Below are positions 52,101-63,600 of a DNA stretch of 64,000 nucleotides, piece by piece. Location: assembly GCA_964016885.1 (NCBI GenBank), contig OZ024742.1, positions 370,760,001 to 370,824,000 on the forward strand. Direction: 5' to 3'. This DNA is from Eledone cirrhosa. Lineage: Eukaryota. The notes under the pieces are model-generated. The model searched no databases. It saw nothing but the letters and a program-made list of their open reading frames with translations, and was not told where the DNA came from. The position numbers and the translations under genes were made by a program. Position 1 is the stretch's first letter. Each line of letters opens with the position of its first letter.

Positions 52101-54600
52101 GTAGGGGTATTGACAGTGTCTGGTGACCCTACAGGGTGGTAGGGGCATTGAGAGTGTCTGGTGACCTTAACAGGGTGGTAGGGGCATTGAGAGTGTCTGG
52201 TGACCTTAACATGGTGGTAGGGTGTTGACACTGTCTGGTGACCTTACAGGGTGGTAGGGGTATTGACAGTGTCTGGTGACCTTACAGGGTGGTAGGGGTA
52301 TTGACAGTGTATGGTGACCTTACAGGGTGGTATGGGTATTGACAGTGTCTCGTGACCTTACATGGTGGTAGGGGCATTGACAGTGTCTGGTGACCTTACA
52401 GGGTGGTAGGGGTATTGACAGTGTCTGGGGACCTTACAGGGTGGTAGGGGCATTAACCGTATCTGGTGACCCTACAGGGTGGTAGGGACATTGACAGTGT
52501 CTGGTGACCTTACAGGGTGGTAGGGGTATTGACAGTATATGGTGACCTTACAGGGTGGTAGGGGTATTGACAGTGTATAGTGACCTTACAGGGTGGTAGG
52601 GATATTGACACTGTATGGTACATTACAGTGTGGTAGGGGTATTGACAGTGTCTGGTGACCTTACAGGGTGGTAGGGGCATTGACAGTGTATGGTGACCCT
52701 ACAGGGTGGTACGAGCATTGACAGTGTCTGGTGACCTTACAGGGTGGTAGGGGTATTGACAGTGTCTGGTGACCATACAGGGTGGTAGGGGTATTGACAG
52801 TGTCTGGTGACCCTACAGGGTGGTAGGGGCATTGACAGTATCTAGTGACCCAACACGGTGGTAGGGGCATTAACAGTGTATGGTGACCTTACAGGGTGGT
52901 AGGTGTATTGACAGTGTCTGGTGACCTTACAGGGTGGTAGGGGTATTGACAGTGTCTGGTGACCCTATAGGGTGGTAGGGGTATTGACAGTGTCTGGTGA
53001 CCTTACAGGGTGGTAGGGGTGTTCACAGTTTCTGGTGACCATACAGGGTGGTAGGGGTATTGACAGTGTCTGGTGACCCTATAGGGTGGTAAATGTATTG
53101 ACCGTGTCTGGTGACCTTACAGGGTGGTAGGGGTATTGACAGTGTCTGATGACCCTACATGGTGGTAGGGGTATTGACAGTGTATGGTGACCTTACAGGG
53201 TGGTAGGAGTATTGTCAGTGTCTGGTGACCTTACAGGGTGGTAGGGGTATTGACAGTGTCTGTTGACCCTACAGGGTGGTAGGGGTATTGACAGTGTATG
53301 GTAACCTTACAGGGTGGTAGGATTATTGACAGTGTCTGGTGACCCTACAGGGTGGTAGGGGTATTGACAGTGTCTGGTGACCCTACAGGGTGGTAGGGGT
53401 ATTGACAGTGTCTGGTGACCTTACAGGGTGGTACGGGCATTGAAAGTGTCTGGTGACTTACAGGGTGGTAGGGTTATTGACAGTGTCTGGTGACCTAACA
53501 GGGTGGTAGGGGTATTGACAGTGTCTGGTGACCCTACAGGGTGGTAGGGGCATTGACAGTGTCTAGTGACCCTACAGGGTGGTAGGGACATTGACAGTGT
53601 CTGGTGATCTTACAGGGTGGTAGTGGTAATGACAGTGTATGGTGAACCTACAGGGTGGTAGGGGTATTGACAGTGTCTGGTGGCCTTAGGGTGGTAGGGG
53701 TATTGACAATGTCTAGTGACCCTACAGGGTGGTAGGGACATTGACAGTGTCTGGTGATCTTACAGGGTGGTAGTGGTAATGACAGTGTATGGTGAACCTA
53801 CAGGGTGGTAGGGGTATTGACAGTGTCTGTGGCCCTAGGGTGGTAGGGGTATTGACAGTGTATGGTGACCCTATAGGGTGGTAGGGGCATTGACAGTGTA
53901 TGGTGACCTTACAGGGTGGTAGGGGCATTAACCGTATGTGGTGACCCTACAGGGTGGTAGGGACATTGACAGTGTCTGGCGACCTTACAGGGTGGTAGGG
54001 TTATTGACAGTGTCTGGTGACCCTACAGGGTGGTAGGGGCATTGACAATGTCTAGTGACCCTACAGGGTGGTAGGTGTATTGACAGTGTCTAGTTACCCT
54101 ACAGGGTGGTAGGGTTATTGACAGTGTCTGGTGAACTTACAGGGTGGTAGGGGTATTGACAGTGTTGGTGTCCTTACAGTGTGGTAGGGGTATTGACAGT
54201 GTCTGGTGACCTTACAAGGTGGTAGGGGTATTGACAGTGTCTCGTGACCTTACAGGCTGGTAGGGGTATTTACAGTCTATTGTGATCCTACAGGGTGGTA
54301 GGGGTATTGAGAGTCTCTGGTGACCCTACAGGGTGGTAGGCGCATTGACAGTGTCTGGTGAACATACAGGGTGGTAGGGGCATTGAGAGTGTCTGGTGAC
54401 CTTACAGGGTGGTAGGGGTATTGACAGTGTCTGGTGACCCTACAGGGTGGTAGGGGCATTGACAATGTCTAGAGACCCTACAGGGTGGTAGTGGTATTGA
54501 CAATGTCTGGTGATATTACAGGGTGGTAGGCGTATTGACAGTGATTGGTGAACTTACAGGGTGGTAGGGGCATTGACAGTGTCTAGTGACCCTACAGGGT
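36222..54600 (+). repeat. Domain C: 4,969-bp (~131-monomer) higher-order repeat, four copies plus a partial fifth (unit lengths 4969, 3411, 4589, 4969)
   Basis: The marker cagtgttggtg (a 37-bp monomer) occurs in equivalent context at 36222, 41191, 44602, 49191 and 54160. ORF-track paralogues give the same offsets: 36339/41308/44719/49308/54277 and 36870/41839/45250/49839. Confidence 0.96.
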
Positions 54601-57600
54601 GGTAGGTGTATTGACAATGTCTGGTGACCTTACAGGGTGGTAGGAGTATTGACACTGTATTGTGACCTTACAGGGTGGTAGAAGCATTGACAATGTGTGG
54701 TGACCTTACAGGGTGGTCGGTGTATTGACAGTGTCTGGTGAACTTACAGGGTGGTAGGGGCATTGACAGTGTCTTGTGACTTTACAGGGTGGTAGGGGTA
54801 TTGACAGTGTCTGGTGACACTATAAGATGGGAGGGGCATTGACAGTGTCTGGTGACCCTACAGGGAGGTAGGGGTGTTGACAGTGTCTGGTGACCCTACA
54901 GAGTGGTAGGGACATTGACAGTGTCTGGTGACACTACAGGGTGGTAAGGGCATTAACAGTGTATGGTGACCTTACAGGGTGGTAGGGGTATTGACAGTGT
55001 CTGGTGACCTTACAGGGTGGTAGGTGTAGTGACAGTGTCTGGTGATCCTATAGGGTGGTAGGGGTATTGACAGTGTCTGGTGACCTTACAGGGTGGTAGG
55101 GGTGTTCACAGTGTCTGGTGACCTTACAGGGTGGTAGGGGTATTGACAGTGTCTTGTGACCCTATAGTGTGGTAAAGGTATTGACCGTGTCTGGTGACCT
55201 TACAGGGTGGTAGGGTTATTGACAGTGTCTGGTGACCCTACAGGGTGGTAGGGGTATTGAGAGTGTCTGATGACCCTACAGGGTGGTAGGGGCATTGACA
55301 GAGTATGGTAACCTTACAGGGTGGTAGGGGTATTGACAGTGTCTGGTGACCCTACAGGGTGGTAGTTGCATTGACAGTGTCTGGTGACCTTACAGGGTGG
55401 TAGGGGTATTAACAGTGTCTGGTGACCCTACAGGGTGGTAGGGGCATTGACAGTATCTGGTAACCTTACAGGGTGGTAGGGTTATTGACAGTGTCTGGTG
55501 ACCTTACAGGGAGGTAGGGGTATTGACAGTGTATGGTGACCTTACAGGTTGGTAGGGGTATTGACAGTGTCTGGTGACCTTACAGGTTGTTAGGGGTATT
55601 GACAGTGTCTGCTGACCTTACAGGGTGGTAGGGGTATTGACAGTGTATGGTGACATTACAGGGTGGTAGGGGTATTGACAGTGTATGGTGACCTTACAGG
55701 GTGGTAGGGGCATTGACAGTGTATGGTGACCTTACAGCGTGGTAGAGGTATTGACGTTGTATGGTGACCTTACAGGGTGGTAGGGGTATTGAAAATGTAT
55801 GTTGACCTTACAGGGTGGTAAGTGTATCGACAGTGTATGGTGACCTTACAGGGTGGTAGGGGCATTGACAGTGCATGGTGACCTTACAGGGTGGTAGGGT
55901 TATTGACAGTATATGGTGACCTTACAGGGTGGTAGGGGTATTGACAGTGTCTGGTGACCTTACAGGGAAGTAGGGGCATTGACAGTGTATGGTGACCTTA
56001 ACAGTGTTGTATGGGCATTGACAATGTCTGGTGATCTTACAGGGTGGTAGGGATATTGACAGTGATTGGTGAACTTACAGGGTGGTAGGGGCATTGACAG
56101 TGTCTAGTGACCCTACAGGGTGGTAGGTGTATTGACAATGTCTTGTGACCTTACAGGGTGGTAGGAGCATTGACAATGTGTGGTTACCTTACAGGGTGGT
56201 CGGTGTATTGACAGTGTCTGGTTACCTTACAGGGTGGTAGGGGCATTGACAGTGTCTTGTGACTTTACAGGTTGGTAGGGGTATTGACAGTGTCTGGTGA
56301 CCCTACAGAGTGGTAGGGACATTGACAGTGTCTGGTGACCTTACAGGGTGGTAGGGGTATTGACAGTGTCTGGTGACCTTACAGGGTGGTAGGTGTAGTG
56401 ACAGTGTCTGGTGATCCTATAGGGTGGTAGGGGTATTGACAGTGTCTGGTGACCTTACAGGGTGGTAGGCGTGTTCACAGTGTCTGGTGACCTTACAGGG
56501 TGGTAGGGGTATTGACAGTGTCTGGTGACCCTATAGGGTGGTAAATGTATTGACCGTGTCTGGTGACCTTACAGGGTGGTAGGGGTATTGACAGTGTCTG
56601 GTGACCCTATAGGGTGGTAAAGGTATTGACCGTGTCTGGTGACCTTACAGGGTGGCAGGGGTATTGACAGTGTCTGGTGACCCTACATGGTGGTAGGGGC
56701 ATTGACAGTGTCTGGTGACCCTATAGGGTGGTAGGGGTATTGACAGTGTATGGTGACCCTACAGGGTGGTAGGGGTATTGACAGTGTCTTGTGACCCTAC
56801 AGGGTGGTAGGGGTATTGAGAGTGTCTGGTGACCCTACAGGGTGGTAGGGGCATTGACATTGTAGGGTAACCTTACAGGGTTGTAGGCGTATTGACAGTG
56901 TCTGGTGACCCTACAGGGCGGTAGGTACATTGACAGTGTACGGTAACCTTACAGGGTGGTAGGGGTATTGACAGTGTCTGGTGACCTTACAGGGTGGTAG
57001 GGGTATTAACAGTGTCTGGTGACCCTACAGGGTGGTAGGGGCATTGACAGTGTCTGGTAACCTCACAGGGTGGTATGGTTATTGACAGTGTCTGGTGACC
57101 TTACAGGGTGGTAGTGGTATTGACAGTGTCTGGTGACCTTACAGAGTGGTAGGGGTATTGACAGTGTATGGTGACCTTACAGGGTGGTAGGGGCATTGAC
57201 AGTGTATGGTGACCTTACAGCGTGGTAGGGGTATTGACGTTGTATGGTGACCTTACAGGGTGGTAGGGGTATTGAAAATGTATGTTGACCTTACAGGGTG
57301 GTAAGTGTATTGACAGTGTATGGTGACCTTACAGGGTGGTACGGTTATTGACAGTATATGGTGACCTTACAGGGTGGTAGGGGTATTGACAGTGTCTGGT
57401 GACCCTACAGGGTGGTACGGGCATTGACAGTGTATGGTGACCTTACAGGGTGGTAGGGGTATTGACAGTGTATGGTGACCTTACAGGGTGGTAGGGACAT
57501 TGACAGTGTCTGGTGACCTTACAGGGTGGTAGGGGTATTGACAGTGTCTGGTGACCCTACAGGGTGGTAGGGGTATTGACAGTGTCTAGTGACCCTACAG

Positions 57601-60600
57601 GGTGGTAGGGGTATTGACAGTGTCTAGTGACCCTACACGGTGGTAGGGGTATTGACAGTGTCTGGTGATCCTACAGGGTGGTAGGGGTATTGACAGTGTC
57701 TGGTGACCCTACAGGGTGGTAGGGGCATTGAGAGTGTCTGGTGACCTTAACATGGTGGTAGGGGCATTGAGAGTGTCTGGTGACCTTAACATGGTGGTAG
57801 GGTGTTGACACTGTCTGGTGACCTTACAGGGTGGTAGGGGTATTGACAGTGTCTGGTGACCTTACAGGGTGGTAGGGGTATTGACAGTGTATGGTGACCT
57901 TACAGGGTGGTATGGGTATTGACAGTGTCTCGTGACCTTACAGGGTGGTAGGGGCATTGACAGTGTCTGGTGACCTTACAGGGTGGTAGGGGTATTGACA
58001 GTGTCTGGGGACCTTACAGGGTGGTCGGGGTATTGACAGTGTCTTGTGACCTTACAGGGTGGTAGGGGTATTGACAGTGTATAGTGACCTTACAGGGTGG
58101 TAGGGATATTGACACTGTATGGTACATTACAGGGTGGTAGGGGTATTGACAGTGTCTGGTGACCTTACATGGTGGTAGGGGCATTGACAGTGTATGGTGA
58201 CCCTACAGGGTGGTACGGGCATTGACAGTGTCTGGTGACCTTACAGGGTGGTAGGGGTATTGACAGTGTCTGGTGACCCTACAGGGTGGCAGGGGCAATG
58301 ACAGTATCTAGTGACCCTACACGGTGGTAGGGGCATTAACAGTGTATGGTGACCTTACAGGGTGGTAGGGGTATTGACAGTGTCTGGTGACCTTACAGGG
58401 AGGTAGGTGTATTGACAGTGTCTGGTGACCCTATAGGGTGGTAGGGGTATTGACAGTGTCTGGTGACCTTACAGGGTGGTAGGGGTGTTCACAGTGTCTG
58501 GTGACCTTACAGGGTGGTAGGGGTATTGACAGTGTCTGGTGACCCTACATGGTGGTAGGGTTATTGACAGTGTATGGTGACCTTACAGGGTGGTAGGGGT
58601 ATTGTCAGTGTCTGGTGACCCTACAGGGTGGTAGGGGTATTGACAGTGTCTGGTGAACTTACAGGGTGGTAGGGGTATTGACAGTGTCTGGTGGCCCTAG
58701 GGTGGTAGGGGTATTGACAGTGTATGGTGACCCTATAGGGTGGTAGGGGCATTGACAGTGTATGGTGACCTTACAGGGTGGTAGGGGCATTAACCGTATC
58801 TGATGACCCTACAGGGTGGTAGGGACATTGACAGTGTCTGGTGACCTTACAGGGTGGTAGGGTTATTGACAATGTCTAGTGACCCTACAGGGTGGTAGGT
58901 GTATTGACAGTGTCTAGTGACCCTACAGGGTGGTAGGGGTATTGACAGTGTCTGGTGAACTTACAGGGTGTTAGGGGTATTGACAGTGTCTGGTGAACCT
59001 ACAGGATGGTAGGGGTATTGACAGTGTTGGTGACCTTACAGTGTGGTAGGGGTATTGACAGTGTCTGGTGACCTTACAAGGTGGTAGGGGTATTGACAGT
59101 GTCTCGTGACCTTACAGGCTGGTAGGGGTATTTACAGTCTATTGTGATCCTACAGGGTGGTAGGGGTATTGAGAGTCTCTGGTGACCCTACAGGGTGGTA
59201 GGCGTATTGACAGTGATTGGTGAACTTACAGGGTGGTAGGGGCATTAACCGTATCTGGTGACCCTACAGGGTGGTAGGTGTATTGACAATGTCTGGTGAC
59301 CTTACAGGGTGGTAGGAGTATTGACACTGTCTTGTGACCTTACAGGGTGGTAGAAGCATTGACAATGTGTGGTGACCTTCAGGGTGGTCGGGGTATTGAC
59401 ATTGTCTGGTGAACTTACAGGGTGGTAGGGGCATTGACAGTGTCTTGTGACTTTACAGGGTGGTAGGGGTATTGACAGTGTCTGGTGACACTATAAGATG
59501 GGAGGGGCATTGACAGTGTCTGGTGACCCTACAGGGAGGTAGGGGTGTTGACAGTGTCTGGTGACCCTACAGAGTGGTAGGGACAATGACAGTGTCTGGT
59601 GACCCTACAGGGTGCTAGCGGCATTAACAGTGTATGGTGACCTTACAGGGTGGTACGGGTATTGACAGTGTCTGGTGACCTTACAGGGTGGTAGGTGTAG
59701 TGACAGTGTCTGGTGATCCTATAGGGTGGTAGGGGTATTGACAGTGTCTGGTGACCTTACAGGGTGGTAGGGGTGTTCACAGTGTCTGGTGACCTTACAG
59801 GGTGGTAGGGGTATTGACAGTGTCTGGTGACCCTATAGTGTGGTAAAGGTATTGACCGTGTCTGGTGACTTTACAGGGTGGTAGGGGTATTGACAGTGTC
59901 TGGTGACCCAACAGGGTGGTAGGGTTATTGAGAGTGTCTGGTGACCCTACAGGGTGGTAGGGGCATTGACAGTGTATGGTAACCTTACAGGGTGGTAGGG
60001 GTATTGACAGTGTCTGGTGACCCTACAGGGTGGTAGGTGCATTGACAGTGTACGGTAACCTTACAGGGTGGTAGGGGTATTGACAGTGTCTGGTGACCTT
60101 ACAGGGTGGTAGGGGTATTAACAGTGTCTGCTGACCCTACAGGGTGGTAGGGGCATTGACAGTGTCTGGTAACCTTACAGGGTGGTAGGGTTATTGACAG
60201 TGTCTGGTGACCTTACAGGGAGGTAGGGGTATTGACAGTGTATGGTGACCTTACAGGGTGGTAGGGGTATTGCCAGTGTCTGGTGACCTTACAGGGTGTT
60301 AGGGGTATTGACAGTGTCTGCTGACCTTACAGGGTGGTAGGGGTATTGACAGTGTATGGTGACATTACAGGGTGGTAGGGGTATTGACAGTATATGGTGA
60401 CCTTACAGGGTGGTAGGGGTATTGATAGTGTCTGGTGACCTTACAGGGAAGTAGGGGCATTGACAGTGTATGGTGACCTTAACAGTGTTGTATGGGCATT
60501 GACAGTGTCTGGTGACCTTACAGGGTGGTAGGGGTATTGACAGTGTATGGTGACCTTACAGGGTGGTAGGGGTATTGACAGTGTATGGTGACCTTACAGG

Positions 60601-63600
60601 ATGGAAGGGGTATTGACAGTGTCTGGTGACCCTACAGGGAAGTAGGTGCATTGACAGTGTATGGTGACCCTACAGGGTGGTACGGGCATTGACAGTGTAT
60701 GGTGACCTTACAGGGTGGTAGGGGTATTGACAGTGTCTCGTGACCTTACAGGGTGGTAGAGGCATTGAAAGTGTCTGGTGACCTTACAGGGTGGTAGGGG
60801 TATTGGCAGTGTCTGGTGAACATACAGGGTGGTAGGGGTATTGACAGTGTCTGGTGAACCTACAGGATGGTAGGGGTATTGACAGTGTTGGTGACCTTAC
60901 AGTGTGGTAGGGGTATTGACAGTGTCTGGTGACCTTACAAGGTGGTAGGATTATTGACAGTGTCTCGTGACCTTACAGGCTGGTAGGGGTATTTACAGTC
61001 TATTGTGATCCTACAGGGTGGTAGGGGTATTGAGAGTCTCTGGTGACCCTACAGGGTGGTAGGGGCATTGACAGTGTCTGGTGACCTTACAGGGTGGTAG
61101 GGGTATTGACAGTGTCTGGTGACCCTACAGGGTGGTAGGGGCATTGAGAGTGTCTGATGACCTTAACAGGGTGGTAGGGGTGTTGACACTGTCTGGTGAC
61201 CTTACAGGGTGGTAGGGGTATTGACAGTGTCTGGTGACCTTACAGGGTGGTAGGGGTATTGACAGTGTCTGGTGACCTTACAGGGTGGTAGGGGTATTGA
61301 CAGTGTCTCGTGACCTTACAGAGTGGTAGGGGCATTGACAGTGTCTGGTGACCTTACAGGGTGGTAGGGGTATTGACAGTGTCTGGTGACCTTACAGGGT
61401 GGTAGGGGCATTGAGAGTGTCTGGTGACCTTAACAGGGTGGTAGGGGCATTGAGAGTGTCTGGTGACCTTAACAGGGTGGTAGGGGTGTTGACACTGTCT
61501 GGTGACCTTACAGGGTGGTAGGGGTATTGACAGTGTCTGGTGACCTTACAGGGTGGTAGGGGTATTGACAGTGTATGGTGACCCTACAGGGTGGTAGGGG
61601 TATTGACAGTGTCTCGTGACCTTACAGGGTGGTAGGGGCATTGACAGTGTCTGGTGACCTTACAGGGTGGTAGGGGTATTGACAGTGTCTGGGGACCTTA
61701 CAGGGTGGTAGGGGCATTAACCGTATCTGGTGACCTTACAGGGTGGTAGGGGTATTGACAGTGTATAGTGACCTTACAGGGTGGTAGGGATATTGACACT
61801 GTATGGTACATTACAGGGTGGTAGGGGTATTGACAGTGTCTGGTGACCTTACAGGGTGGTAGGGGCATTGACAGTGTATGGTGACCCTACAGGGTGGTAC
61901 GGGCATTGACAGTGTCTGGTGACCCTACAGGGTGGTAGGGGCATTGACAGTATCTAGTGACCCTACACGGTGGTAGGGGCATTAACAGTGTATGGTGACC
62001 TTACAGGGTGGTAGGGGCATTAACAGTGTCTGGTGACCTTATAGGGTGGTAGGTGTAGTGACAGTGTCTGGTGACCCTATAGGGTGGTAGGGGTATTGAC
62101 AGTGTCTGGTGAACTTACAGGGTGGTAGGGGTGTTCACAGTGTCTGGTGACCTTACAGGGTGGTAGGGGTATTGACAGTGTCTGGTGACCCTATAGGGTG
62201 GTAAAGGTATTGACCGTGTCTGGTGACCTTACAGGGTGGTAGGGGTATTGACAGTGTCTGGTGACCCTACATGGTGGTAGGGGCATTGACAGTGTCTGGT
62301 GACCCTATAGGGTGGTAGGGGTATTGACAGTGTATGGTGACCTTACAGGGTGGTAGGGGTATTGTCAGTGTCTGGTGACCTTACAGGGTGGTAGGGGTAT
62401 TGACAGTGTCTGGTGACCCTACAGGGTTATAGGGGTATTGACAGTGTCTGGTGACCATACAGGGTGGTAGGGGCATTGACAGTGTATGGTAACCTTACAG
62501 GGTGGTAGGGGTATTGACAGTGTCTGGTGACCCTACATGGTGGTAGGGTTATTGACAGTGTCTGGTGACCTTATAGGGTGGTAGGTGTAGTGACAGTGTC
62601 TGGTGACCCTATAGGGTGGTAGGGGTATTGACAGTGTCTGGTGACCTTACAGGGTGGTAGGGGTGTTCACAGTGTCTGGTGACCTTACAGGGTGGTAGGG
62701 GTATTGACAGTGTCTGGTGACCCTATAGGGTGGTAAAGTTATTGACCGTGTCTGGTGACCTTACAGGGTGGTAGGGGTATTGACAGTGTCTGGTGACCCT
62801 ACATGGTGGTAGGGGCATTGACAGTGTCTGGTGACCCTATAGGGTGGTAGGGGTATTGACAGTGTATGGTTACCTTAACAGTGTTGTATGGGAATTGACA
62901 GTGTCTGGTGACCTTACAGGGTGGTAGGGGTATTGACAGTGTACGGTAACCTTACAGGGTGGTAGGGATTTTGACAGTGTCTAATGGCCCTACAGTGTGG
63001 TAGGGGTATTGACAGTGAATGGTGACCCTACAGAGTGGTACGGTCATTGACAGTGTATCGTGACCTTACAGGGTGGTAGGGGTATTGGCAGTGTCTGGTG
63101 ACCCTACTGTGTGGTAGGGGTATTGAAAGTGTGTTGTGACCCTACAGGGTGGTAGGGGTTTTAACAGTGTATGGTGACCCTACAGGGTGGTACGGGCATT
63201 GACAGTGTCAGGTGACCTTACAGGGTGGTTGTGGTAATGACAGTGTATGGTGACCTTACAGGGTGGTAGGTGTATTGACAGTATATGGTGACCTTACAGG
63301 GTGGTAGGGGTATTGACAGTGTATGGTGACCTTACAGGTTGGTAGGGTTATTGACAGTGTCTAGTGACCTTACAGGCTGGTTGGGCTATTGACAGTGTCT
63401 GGTGACCTTACAGTGTTGTTGTGGTAATGACAGTGTATGGTGAACCTACAGGGTGGTAAGGGTATTGACAGTGTCTGGTGACCCTACAGGGGGGTAGGGG
63501 TATTGACAGTGTCTGGTGACCCTACGGTGGTAGGGGTATTGACAGTGTATGGTGACCCTATAGGGTGGTAGGGGTATTGACAGTGTCTGGTGACCTTACA

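Noticed and set aside
2653-54465. All minus-strand ORFs (60-172 aa, Pro/Cys/His/Thr-rich), including 3792-4310 and 8617-9135
   Set aside because: Because 38 is not a multiple of 3, the minus strand cycles through all frames every 114 bp, giving GHQTLSIPLPPCKVTRHCQYPYHPVRSPDTVNTPTTL-stop. Longer ORFs appear only where a variant or indel skips that stop. There is no codon-position bias or unique domain, and frameshifting monomers are common.
36222-54600. Assembly artefact explaining the near-identical multi-kb copies
   Set aside because: The copies carry private and shared SNVs and distinct in-register deletions, which is more consistent with real duplication. Only raw reads can exclude an artefact fully.
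12290-62900. Preferred duplication periods (multiples of 7 monomers, or nucleosome-sized 150/190 bp)
   Set aside because: Periods of 7, 14, 14 and 28 and of 4 and 5 occur, but so do 2, 3, 10, 20, 39, 41, 89 and 131. There are too few events to claim a preference without a systematic count.
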